From: Pyrinomonadaceae bacterium
GTDB lineage: Bacteria > Acidobacteriota > Blastocatellia > Pyrinomonadales > Pyrinomonadaceae
Length of the DNA stretch: 46,675 bases
Assembly (NCBI GenBank): GCA_035274235.1
Contig: DATEOJ010000205.1
Location: 1 to 46,675 of the forward strand
Direction: 5' to 3'
Numbering within the stretch: the stretch's first letter is position 1; the number at the start of each line of letters is the position of its first letter. Shown piece after piece: positions 34,489 through 42,318 of this stretch. Position numbers and translations under genes: made by a program. The notes under the pieces were generated by a model, which made no database searches, had not been told where the DNA came from, and saw only the letters and a list, made by a program, of their open reading frames with translations.

Positions 34489-35625
34489 ATGGACATCCTC
34501 GACCCGATCCTAAAGGCGACCAAAGATTACTGGTTCCTGATCACTCTTGTGGCGTCAGTCGTGCTCACCCTGGCCTACATGATCATCTTCCGGATCAATC
34601 CATGGGATCAGCAGCGGGCTGTAAAGCTCCGACGTGACCGAGTTAAATTTCACAACGCGATCGGCTACTCGCTAATCGAATCAGGCCGGTTCACGGAAGC
34701 GTTGAGCGAATTCGAAGAGTCGCTCAAACTCTCGGCCGAAGACGAAACCGCGCTGAACGGCAGGTACATTTCAAATCTTTTTCTCAGCTTCGACGCTCCC
34801 GTTTCCGATCCTGCAGTTGGCATCGCCATCCAACAACATCTCAGCAAGACGGACGCACTAAAACGAGAGTGCCACCTCCACGTCATCGAAAAGTATCTCG
34901 GAGATCTTCATGATCGTATCGGGAATCGGCCTAGGGCCGAGGAGCATTACGAAGCCGCTCTAAAACAAAAGCCCGACTACCCGCATGCCCTCTACTCGGT
35001 AGGCTGGTTGCGATATGCCGACGGACGCAGCCGCGTTGGTGAAATGGAGCAGCTGTTTCGGAAGTTGACGGAGGTCTCTCCGTACGATTTTCGCGGTTAC
35101 CACGGCCTCGGTTACGCCCTGTACATGAAGGCCACGGGCGACGGCCTGGACGCTCAGACGCGTAAGACGCTGATGACGGAAGCGACGGACCACGCCGGGA
35201 GAGCACGTGACCTCATCTACAATCAGTTGAATGTGGTGATGGATTTTGGGGAGGTCGCTCGTTCGACCGATCCCTGGTTGTCGCTCCACTTTCACAAATT
35301 CGCCAAGAAGATCGTGACGGATCCGGAGTTGAGAGACAGCGGCGAAAATCGTTTTCCGATATGGGCGAAGTTGTTGATGAGTGACGATTCTCTGGGGATC
35401 GAGGGCAAGGATGCGAAGCTTTCGTGGATCAATTATCAAAGGGCTCTCGACTATCTGGCCATGGAACGCATGAACCTTGATCCCGGGGACGGCGGCGATC
35501 ATAAAACGTTCTTCGATAGGGCGCGGCGTCTCGATACGGAAAACCAGATTCTTAAGATCTACAACGATCAGCTCGAGGTGTTGAATCTGTTGCTGCCCGA
35601 GACGGGGAGTGGTCAGAAATATTGA
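34489..35625 (+). CDS. membrane-anchored TPR-repeat protein
   Basis: 378 aa with an N-terminal TM segment (YWFLITLVASVVLTLAYMIIF) and TPR-like helices (AEEHYEAALKQKPDYPHALYSVGWL...). Confidence 0.65.
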   Translation: MDILDPILKATKDYWFLITLVASVVLTLAYMIIFRINPWDQQRAVKLRRDRVKFHNAIGYSLIESGRFTEALSEFEESLKLSAEDETALNGRYISNLFLSFDAPVSDPAVGIAIQQHLSKTDALKRECHLHVIEKYLGDLHDRIGNRPRAEEHYEAALKQKPDYPHALYSVGWLRYADGRSRVGEMEQLFRKLTEVSPYDFRGYHGLGYALYMKATGDGLDAQTRKTLMTEATDHAGRARDLIYNQLNVVMDFGEVARSTDPWLSLHFHKFAKKIVTDPELRDSGENRFPIWAKLLMSDDSLGIEGKDAKLSWINYQRALDYLAMERMNLDPGDGGDHKTFFDRARRLDTENQILKIYNDQLEVLNLLLPETGSGQKY

Positions 35626-35713
35626 GAGCACGTGGTCTTCGCCGTCTGCAGTTAACTGGCGTGCTTTCAGAACAGCGAACGCATTGTCACAAACTTCAGA
35701 GCGCCGGTGTTTA

Positions 35714-36670
35714 ATGCGTAAGATGCTAAGACGCTCCATCCTCATCATTCTTATCCTGGGTTCGGCGACGGTCTCAGCCCAAATTCCAACAGCCGATCAC
35801 CATCAACATCTATTCAGCCCGATGATGGCGGAGTTTCAAAAGATAACACCCATCACCGCCGCGGACGTGATAAAGCTCCTCGACGAGGCTGGCATCAAAC
35901 GCGGTGTGCTTCTCTCGACCGCCTATGCATACGGACGGCCGGGACGTGAACCTAAGAACGAGTATGAAAAAGTAAAGGAAGAGAACGATTGGGTCGCAGC
36001 GGAGGCCGCTAAGTTTCCAAAACGCCTGATCGCGTTTTGCGGATTCAACCCGCTAAAGGAGTATGCACTCGAGGAGTTGGCACGCTGCGCGAACAATCCG
36101 AACAAGCATCGAGGAATAAAACTTCATTTTGGAAACTCCGATGTCCAGCTCGAGAAACCTGAACACATCGAAAAACTGAAAGCGGTCTTTCGAGCCGCTA
36201 ACGAGAATCGAATGGCGATCGTCGTTCACATGCGCGCTTCGATCTCCCTCAACCGGCCATACGGTGCAGAACAGGTTCGAGCGTTTCTCGATCAGCTCAT
36301 GCCTCTCACCGCCAAGATCGTGGTGCAGGTCGCACACCTCGTCGGATCCGGCCCGGGCTTTAACGATTCGAAGCAGGACGCCGCGCTGGATGGGTTTGTT
36401 GAGGCGATCCAAAACTCAAAATCTAAAGCCCCCAACAATCTGTGGTTCGACCTCACCACCTCGGCTCATCCGTCGAACACACCCGAGCGAACGACCGCCC
36501 TTCTCAAGCGGATCCGTCAGATCGGGGTTAGGAGGATTCTCTATGGCACTGACGCGGCCCTCGGATCGAACCTCAAGCCAAAAGAGTCGTGGGCGGAAGT
36601 TACAAAAATTGGTCTGACCTTCCCAGAGTTGAAAACGATCGCGAACAATCGTGCGCCGTATTGGCGTTAG
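35714..36670 (+). CDS. secreted amidohydrolase-family (TIM-barrel metal hydrolase) protein
   Basis: Trimmed to ATG 35714 with a signal peptide (ILIILILGSATVSAQ). An N-terminal metal motif DHHQHLF is present, and later HFGN and VVHM motifs are consistent with amidohydrolase_2. Confidence 0.65.
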   Translation: MRKMLRRSILIILILGSATVSAQIPTADHHQHLFSPMMAEFQKITPITAADVIKLLDEAGIKRGVLLSTAYAYGRPGREPKNEYEKVKEENDWVAAEAAKFPKRLIAFCGFNPLKEYALEELARCANNPNKHRGIKLHFGNSDVQLEKPEHIEKLKAVFRAANENRMAIVVHMRASISLNRPYGAEQVRAFLDQLMPLTAKIVVQVAHLVGSGPGFNDSKQDAALDGFVEAIQNSKSKAPNNLWFDLTTSAHPSNTPERTTALLKRIRQIGVRRILYGTDAALGSNLKPKESWAEVTKIGLTFPELKTIANNRAPYWR

Positions 36671-36780
36671 CGATGGGGCGCATTTTTTCAGCAACCTATA
36701 AGCAAAAATGCTCGACTAATAAATTTTCAGACGTTACAATAAATCTCCGTTCACTCCGTCACAGGAGTTCCGAAGTAAAA

Positions 36781-37419
36781 ATGCGAAAACCAAACGAAAG
36801 CCTCGATGAATTCTCTGTTCGAGTTGCGGGTGAAGCCGCTGAGCCACCCCGAATGGTAACGCTCCATTTCGGAGGCGATGTCGAAGTATTGAAGCCCCTT
36901 GTCCGCCGTCAAGCTGCCGACCATCCGGATCCTGTAACGGGTAATCCGTTCCGTGGGCCCGCTCCGAATCGATTTTCGTGGTTCCAAAGCGCGATGGCCG
37001 CTGCCGCGGTCCTCGGGATCATGCTGGTTATCCTATTGAGCGCGATCTTTATAGGTGTCTCTGATCCGGCGGTGTCGCCCGACATCGCACATCTCGACAC
37101 GTTCGGTGACGCTACCGAGTTGGCAATGGATCAATCGGCGACCTACGAGTCCGTCGATCCTGAAATTAATGTTGCAGAGAATCCAACTCTTACCGACGAT
37201 GAGATCGCGGTTATTCGACCCACTGTAAGACGGGCGATCTCGAGGCGCGTCCGGCGTATGGCTTATCGGCCACGCCGACAAGTGCCGGCACCGCAGATAA
37301 CGGTCTCAACGTTTGTTCCCACCACGCTAATTATTTACCCGGAGAATGGCGAGATAAAGTCGCGAATCGAACCGCAGATCGCCGCCGTTTATAAGAGGCC
37401 CCTGGTTCTTTCCAACTAA
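36781..37419 (+). CDS. single-pass membrane hypothetical protein
   Basis: Trimmed to ATG 36781. The TM segment is AMAAAAVLGIMLVILLSAIFIGV. Confidence 0.5.
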   Translation: MRKPNESLDEFSVRVAGEAAEPPRMVTLHFGGDVEVLKPLVRRQAADHPDPVTGNPFRGPAPNRFSWFQSAMAAAAVLGIMLVILLSAIFIGVSDPAVSPDIAHLDTFGDATELAMDQSATYESVDPEINVAENPTLTDDEIAVIRPTVRRAISRRVRRMAYRPRRQVPAPQITVSTFVPTTLIIYPENGEIKSRIEPQIAAVYKRPLVLSN

Positions 37420-37535
37420 TACTGTCGGATCGTCCTACATCTTGTTCGTGTGAGTTCGTGGTTCCAGACTTATCGAACCCCGACTGGATCTTTCATCCAT
37501 CTCGAGAACCGAACGTGTCCGCGTAGGATCATCGC

Positions 37536-37907
37536 ATGAGTATTAAAAAGATCGCACCCCAGTTGCGCACGACCGACATGGACTCGACCGTTCGGTTCTA
37601 TACTGAGAAGCTCGGCTTTGCTGTTGACTTCAACTACGAGGGTTTCTACGCAGGACTGAGTTCCGGCGGTCACGTGATCCACCTCAAGCACGTCGACGAG
37701 AAGGATCCATCCATTCCGTTTGTCGATGAGGGCGGACATTTACATCTCTATTTTGAAGTGGACGGTGTGGTCGCTTTTGCTGACACGCTCAAGGCGAAAG
37801 GTGTCGAACTAGCGAAAGACGTCCACGAGACCGACTGGAACACACGCGAGTTTATCGTGCACGACGATCAAGGACACACGTTGTATTTCGGCGAAGCAGT
37901 TTCGTAA
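37536..37907 (+). CDS. VOC family (glyoxalase/bleomycin-resistance fold) protein
   Basis: 123 aa. IAPQLRTTDMDSTVRFYTEKLGFAV and a C-terminal REFIVHDDQGHTLYFGE are typical of the fold. Confidence 0.8.
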   Translation: MSIKKIAPQLRTTDMDSTVRFYTEKLGFAVDFNYEGFYAGLSSGGHVIHLKHVDEKDPSIPFVDEGGHLHLYFEVDGVVAFADTLKAKGVELAKDVHETDWNTREFIVHDDQGHTLYFGEAVS

Positions 37908-37910
37908 ACG

Positions 37911-37939
37911 AAAAAGCCCGCGATCGATTCGCGGGCTTT
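37911..37939. terminator. bidirectional terminator (better T-tract on the minus strand, serving the SDR gene)
   Basis: AAAAAGCCCGCGA-TCGAT-TCGCGGGCTTTCC. Confidence 0.7.
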
Positions 37940-37958
37940 CCTCATCCACCCCTCACCG

Positions 37959-38699
37959 TTACCTCAATCCGCCAGAGGCGAGAACATGCTCGCCTGTCAG
38001 CCATCGCGAGTCATCCGACGCGAGGAAGACCGTCGCGTTCGCGATATCTTCCGGCTGACCCACGCGACCGAGCGGCGTCTGTGCGACCGTCTGATCCGCA
38101 AACTCAGATCCGATGAATCCGGCGGTTACCGTCCCTTCCGTTTCCACGATCCCGGGGTTGATCGAATTGACTCTGATCTTACGTGGACCGAGCTCGCGCG
38201 AGAGAACGCCCGTGATCGCATCGACCGCTCCCTTCGTTGCGGTATAGACCGCGCTGTTCGGTGGCGTGACCCGCGTTACCGCTGATCCGATATTGATGAT
38301 GCTACCGCCCTCGCCGAGATGTTTTGCTGCCGCTTGAGTAACAAGCAACAAACCGAGTACGTTCGTATTGAACAGTCGGTTGTAATGCTCCTCGGTGATG
38401 TCCTCGACGGGCGAAAATTCATATACACCGGCGTTGTTGACGAGGATGTCGAGCTTGCCATAGTTCGAGACCGCCGCGTTCACGATCGCGTTCGCGTCAC
38501 TCGCAACATTGCCGCCAATGGCGACCGCTTTTCCACCCGCCGATGTGATCGCCTCGACCACCTTGTCTGCTCCCGCCTTGTCCGACGAATAATTAACTAC
38601 GACCGATGCACCCTCGGCACCGAGCGTTTTCGCTATCGATGCTCCGATACCTTTTGACGCTCCGGTTACCACTGCTACCTTCCCTGATAATTTGCTCAT
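37959..38699 (-). CDS. SDR family oxidoreductase (FabG-like)
   Basis: TGASKGIG cofactor motif, NNAG, and a YTATK catalytic Y-x3-K. Confidence 0.85.
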   Translation of the reverse strand: MSKLSGKVAVVTGASKGIGASIAKTLGAEGASVVVNYSSDKAGADKVVEAITSAGGKAVAIGGNVASDANAIVNAAVSNYGKLDILVNNAGVYEFSPVEDITEEHYNRLFNTNVLGLLLVTQAAAKHLGEGGSIINIGSAVTRVTPPNSAVYTATKGAVDAITGVLSRELGPRKIRVNSINPGIVETEGTVTAGFIGSEFADQTVAQTPLGRVGQPEDIANATVFLASDDSRWLTGEHVLASGGLR

Positions 38700-38769
38700 T
38701 CGTTTATTCTTCCCTTTATGATTTCGAACAACCGGGCCTGGGATCAGACCATCTAATCCGCAAGTCCCG

Positions 38770-38798
38770 TAGTTCAGAGATTATGAACTATTGAACTA
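38770..38798. promoter_or_regulatory. candidate operator in the SDR/ArsR divergent promoter region
   Basis: TAGTTCA-N7-TGAACTA palindrome (38770-38790) plus a third half-site TGAACTA (38792-38798), about 30 nt upstream of the ArsR-family gene. Confidence 0.35.
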
Positions 38799-38826
38799 AT
38801 TGTCAAGAGGAAATATTATCTAGGTA

Positions 38827-39162
38827 ATGAAGCCACTATTTCACCCGGGTGCGGATGACATTACGGTCGAGGGAATCTTACATGCGTTGTCTGACCCGGT
38901 TCGCGTCGCAATCTTTGCCCACATCGCCGATTCGGATGACTCGCATAAGTGCGTTGCATTCGCCACGGTCGGCGAGAAGGACATTCCGAAGTCGACACTC
39001 TCGCAGCACTTCAAGGCGCTTCGCGAAGCAGGACTGATCCGCAGCGAACGTCAGGGCGTCGAGATGCGCAACACCTCACGATGTACCGAGGTCAACAAGA
39101 AGTTTCCGGGCCTCTTACCGGCGATCATCGCAGCGCATAAGACTCAGAAGAAGAAAAAGTAA
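38827..39162 (+). CDS. ArsR/SmtB family winged-helix transcriptional regulator
   Basis: LHALSDPVRVAIFAHI ... KSTLSQHFKALREAGLIRSERQG matches the ArsR HTH pattern. Confidence 0.8.
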   Translation: MKPLFHPGADDITVEGILHALSDPVRVAIFAHIADSDDSHKCVAFATVGEKDIPKSTLSQHFKALREAGLIRSERQGVEMRNTSRCTEVNKKFPGLLPAIIAAHKTQKKKK

Positions 39163-39171
39163 ACGGTAGAC

Positions 39172-39239
39172 GAGAGACAAGAGACAAGAGACAGGAACCG
39201 CATCGAGGGGTTTCTCTCTTGTCTCTTGTCTCTTGTCTC
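39172..39239. repeat. heptad-periodic (GAGACAA)n inverted repeat between convergent genes
   Basis: A perfect 20-bp stem pairs 39174-39193 (GAGACAAGAGACAAGAGACA) with 39220-39239 (TGTCTCTTGTCTCTTGTCTC), with a 26-nt loop. Confidence 0.8.
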
Positions 39240-39250
39240 CCGTCCCCTCT

Positions 39251-39868
39251 CTACCTCTTCCCCTTCCCCTCGAAATCATCAGGCTTGAACTCAGCAAACG
39301 TGATCAAACCAAAATCCTTTGGCGGTGTTGAGACATGCCGCTTCTCGGTTCGCTTCGGATCAAGCGCGTGAAAATTGGTTTCCTCGACTCGCACTAGCTG
39401 CCATGTGCGATCGCGACGGGAGTAATCGAACGTGTAGTCGTAGGCCCAACGCGAGTTGCTTCCACCATAGTTAGAAACCGTGAACTTCGTCCCGCGGATC
39501 GCCACGCCAGCGAACGGATCGCCAAACACACCGCCGCAATTCTTACACATCGCGACAAGATCGTTCCGTCCCGCAACTGATAGCACACCTTTGCTATCGC
39601 GAATAAGAATCAACACCGAGCGCTCGCCGGCACCTTCTTCGTATGGCGCGTCCTGCGCGACGAAGTCACTCACGACCAGGATCAGATCCTTCTGTCCATC
39701 GTTGTTCAGGTCGCCCGTCTCGAGTGCGATCGGTATCCGATCCTTTTCGACAAACGGTTTGACGTCATCCGGGATCTTTACCGCATCCTGCGCCACGACC
39801 ACTGCCGGGAGCAGCGCGAGCACAAGGGCGAAGTTCGTGAGTCGGTGACTAAATGTATGTTCAAACAT
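39251..39868 (-). CDS. secreted hypothetical protein with an FG-GAP/VCBS-like motif
   Basis: 205 aa with a signal peptide (FALVLALLPAVVVAQ) and the motif TGDLNNDGQKDLILVV. Confidence 0.6.
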   Translation of the reverse strand: MFEHTFSHRLTNFALVLALLPAVVVAQDAVKIPDDVKPFVEKDRIPIALETGDLNNDGQKDLILVVSDFVAQDAPYEEGAGERSVLILIRDSKGVLSVAGRNDLVAMCKNCGGVFGDPFAGVAIRGTKFTVSNYGGSNSRWAYDYTFDYSRRDRTWQLVRVEETNFHALDPKRTEKRHVSTPPKDFGLITFAEFKPDDFEGKGKR

Positions 39869-39931
39869 AAGTTTATAGACGCGGCACCACGAATGATTTG
39901 CGACACGACAAACATTGCTCCCGGTCCCGCA

Positions 39932-40669
39932 TCACCCCGCTGCAGGCCCGGCCAATTTCTTCAGCACACTTAGAACCAAAGGGGATCGGACGACGATCTT
40001 GGCTCCTGTCTCTGCCTTTGTAAGTTCGCGCTCCAGCTTCCGAACCAACCATCCGTGCGTTTTAATCTTGTCGCGTTCGATGAGCCATGCGATGAAGTCG
40101 TCGAGATAGTCGAACAGCCGATAGCATTGGAATCGTTCGCGACCGGCTGGCTTAAAGAGTCCGTCACGGACGACATGCGCAACCGCGGCATCAGCAGCTC
40201 GATCGTCGTCAAAACTTTCCGGCATACGCCAGCGAAGACGATACGCTCCGTCGTCGGTTAACCCGACTCGTCTCTGTACTGCGACCGGTCGGAGATCGAT
40301 AAGCAGTCCATCGGACTTTAATACTCTATGTGATTCGCGGAGGGCATCGACCATGCCCTGGTGAGAAACTCATCACAACGACCAAGCGAAGATCACGACG
40401 TCGAACTTTTCATTTCGGTGATGTAGCTTCTCGGCTTTACCGGCGCGGAAGTTGATGCGGTTTGCAAAACGCTTTGGCAACCCGCTCCGTGCTTTTCGAA
40501 CGAGTTTTGGATCGGGATCGATCGCGTGGACGATCGCACCGAGCGCGGCGATCCGCCTCGAAAGCCGCCCGCTTCCACAGCCGATCTCAAGTACACTCTT
40601 TCGACGCCACAACATTACATCCGCTAGAGCCTTAACTTCGTTTTGTTCAGGATCGACGATCAGAGGCAT
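39932..40669 (-). pseudogene. class I SAM-dependent methyltransferase interrupted by two adjacent in-frame TGA codons
   Basis: The N-terminal part 40373..40669 (VLEIGCGSGRLS motif I, ...DVVIFAWSL) and the C-terminal part 39932..40354 (MVDALRESHRVLKSDGLL, post-II/III motif) are in the same frame. They are separated only by TGA TGA GTT TCT CAC CAG GGC (40375-40355). Confidence 0.55.
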
Positions 40670-40751
40670 GTTCGGACGTTATATAAGACTTTGCTTCGAT
40701 ACGCAAAGTGTTCTTGCCCGAGCAATACAGGTGGGACCACCCTTTCCTGAC

Positions 40752-40783
40752 AAAAAGCCCGCGACTTCTCGCGGGCTTTCCTC
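40752..40783 (-). terminator. Rho-independent terminator of 40808..41272
   Basis: The minus strand reads AAAGCCCGCGA-GAAG-TCGCGGGCTTTTTG. Confidence 0.75.
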
Positions 40784-40807
40784 GGTATATGCGCTTAACG
40801 CGTACGT

Positions 40808-41272
40808 CTAATCTTTGGAAGCATCCCAGTAGTACGTTCCATACTCGTCGACACCCGTACCGGTTAGTGATTTGCCATCCAACGAGAATGCTCCGGTGTT
40901 TGTCCCCAGCGACCAACGTCTGTGCTGACCGTGGTTGATAACCTTTGTCTCCTGGATCAAGACCGTGCGCGAATTGGCATCGAGCGTTCCTACAAACTTC
41001 ACCACGGCTCCGTTCTTCCTGAGCGTTCCGTAAAACTTCTCACCGGCGGCTCGATCGATCGTGAGCGTGCAGCTTGCGTGGTCTTTGTCCCACGTGCCCT
41101 TCCAGAGACCAACCATGTTCTCCGCCCGTACCGGTGCAGGTTCGAAGATGGGTAAAGGCGGGATCGCCTCCCGGCATTCGCGAGTGCCAGTCGGGATCAG
41201 GTATGACGGCAAGACGCCGATGGCGAAAGCCAAGAAGAAAGTAAGCAAGGACACCGCTTTGGATAAATACAT
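40808..41272 (-). CDS. membrane-anchored/secreted hypothetical protein
   Basis: 154 aa with SD GGAGG and an N-terminal hydrophobic segment (AVSLLTFFLAFAIGVL). Confidence 0.6.
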   Translation of the reverse strand: MYLSKAVSLLTFFLAFAIGVLPSYLIPTGTRECREAIPPLPIFEPAPVRAENMVGLWKGTWDKDHASCTLTIDRAAGEKFYGTLRKNGAVVKFVGTLDANSRTVLIQETKVINHGQHRRWSLGTNTGAFSLDGKSLTGTGVDEYGTYYWDASKD

Positions 41273-41797
41273 AACGCCTCCAACCTGTCAGATGCCGCAC
41301 AACGCAAATCGGATTGTCGTCTGTGAAAAAAGATACAACTAGTAAGGGCCTTTCAACAAGGTTCTTCCGCCACGAATTTAGGGTCACGTCCACGCCCCGT
41401 GCCTTTCTAAGAGTTCGCAAGATCAAAGTGACCGGACGACGATCTTTGATTTAGCGTGAGTCTTCTCGCTTTCTCGTTCCACCCGACGAACGAGCAAGCA
41501 AGTCATGCGACTCGAAGTTTCCTTTGTTGATGAAGTCGTCCAACCCATTACAAATTCATCAACTCCATCCATCACACGCTAGCAGTCAAACTTCAGCGGC
41601 CGTTCTTTCGTGGATAGTCTCTCTCGCTCGACGTACGCGATGGCGTGATCCGCCGCGCGATCATAGTCGAACGTTTCCCAATGACCGACGCAACCGACAA
41701 CCCGGAGAATCATTCTCTTAGTGCCAGCTTGTGTTCGGTCTAACGACACTGGCGTATACTTGCCGTCGGCGAAATGCTCGTCAGAGGCGCGGGAATA

Positions 41798-42205
41798 TTA
41801 GCCGCATCGTTCCAAGGTGGGAGATTGACCCAGTCGGACCGTGAAAGTACCCACGTTCCGATCCAGCTCGGGCAGCCGAACCGTAATTTCCAATTCATCT
41901 TCTTTCCGCACACCTTCATACTGTGCGTCGCGCGGTTTCGACGCGGCATCACCCGGTCGCCGTGGACCGCCGCGACCGAATATATGTGCGCCTTTTGCGG
42001 AAAATTTTCCGTGCGAATCAGTCTGCAACCGTTGGTCGATGGTCCCCGAGTCGCAGCCGTAGTCGATCAAGCCTCCTTCTTCAGTCACCGTCAGTTGTAT
42101 ACCCTTGCCACCCCACACACCGGTAGGCACGGGCTCGTTCGCCATACGCGTTTCTCCGACCTGACACGCGAGCATCGACATCATAAGGGCTGTAACAAGT
42201 CGCAT
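41798..42205 (-). CDS. lipoprotein, unknown function
   Basis: Trimmed to ATG 42205 (SD GGAGGGAG). MRLVTALMMSMLAC is a lipobox. Confidence 0.6.
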   Translation of the reverse strand: MRLVTALMMSMLACQVGETRMANEPVPTGVWGGKGIQLTVTEEGGLIDYGCDSGTIDQRLQTDSHGKFSAKGAHIFGRGGPRRPGDAASKPRDAQYEGVRKEDELEITVRLPELDRNVGTFTVRLGQSPTLERCG

Positions 42206-42318
42206 GATCTCCCTCCGGATTGACGTTAAATGGACGGGGCGCCAACCTCGTTGCCGCCCCGTCGCGAAACCGCGTAACCTACCCCGAAACTGTGGGTCCG
42301 GCATCAAGTCGCGCGGAG

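Noticed and set aside
34960-35748. 262-aa minus-strand ORF
   Set aside because: It lies entirely antisense to the TPR gene 34489..35625 and bridges into the next gene. It has no motifs or SD.
41579-41713. 44-aa minus ORF MILRVVGCVGHWETFDYDRAADHAIAYVERE... (faint HicB-antitoxin-like GC.G..ET pattern) in the 525-bp gap 41273-41797
   Set aside because: It is too short, has only a weak AAGAGA upstream and has no partner toxin. The resemblance is a motif-level impression only. It may be a gene remnant.
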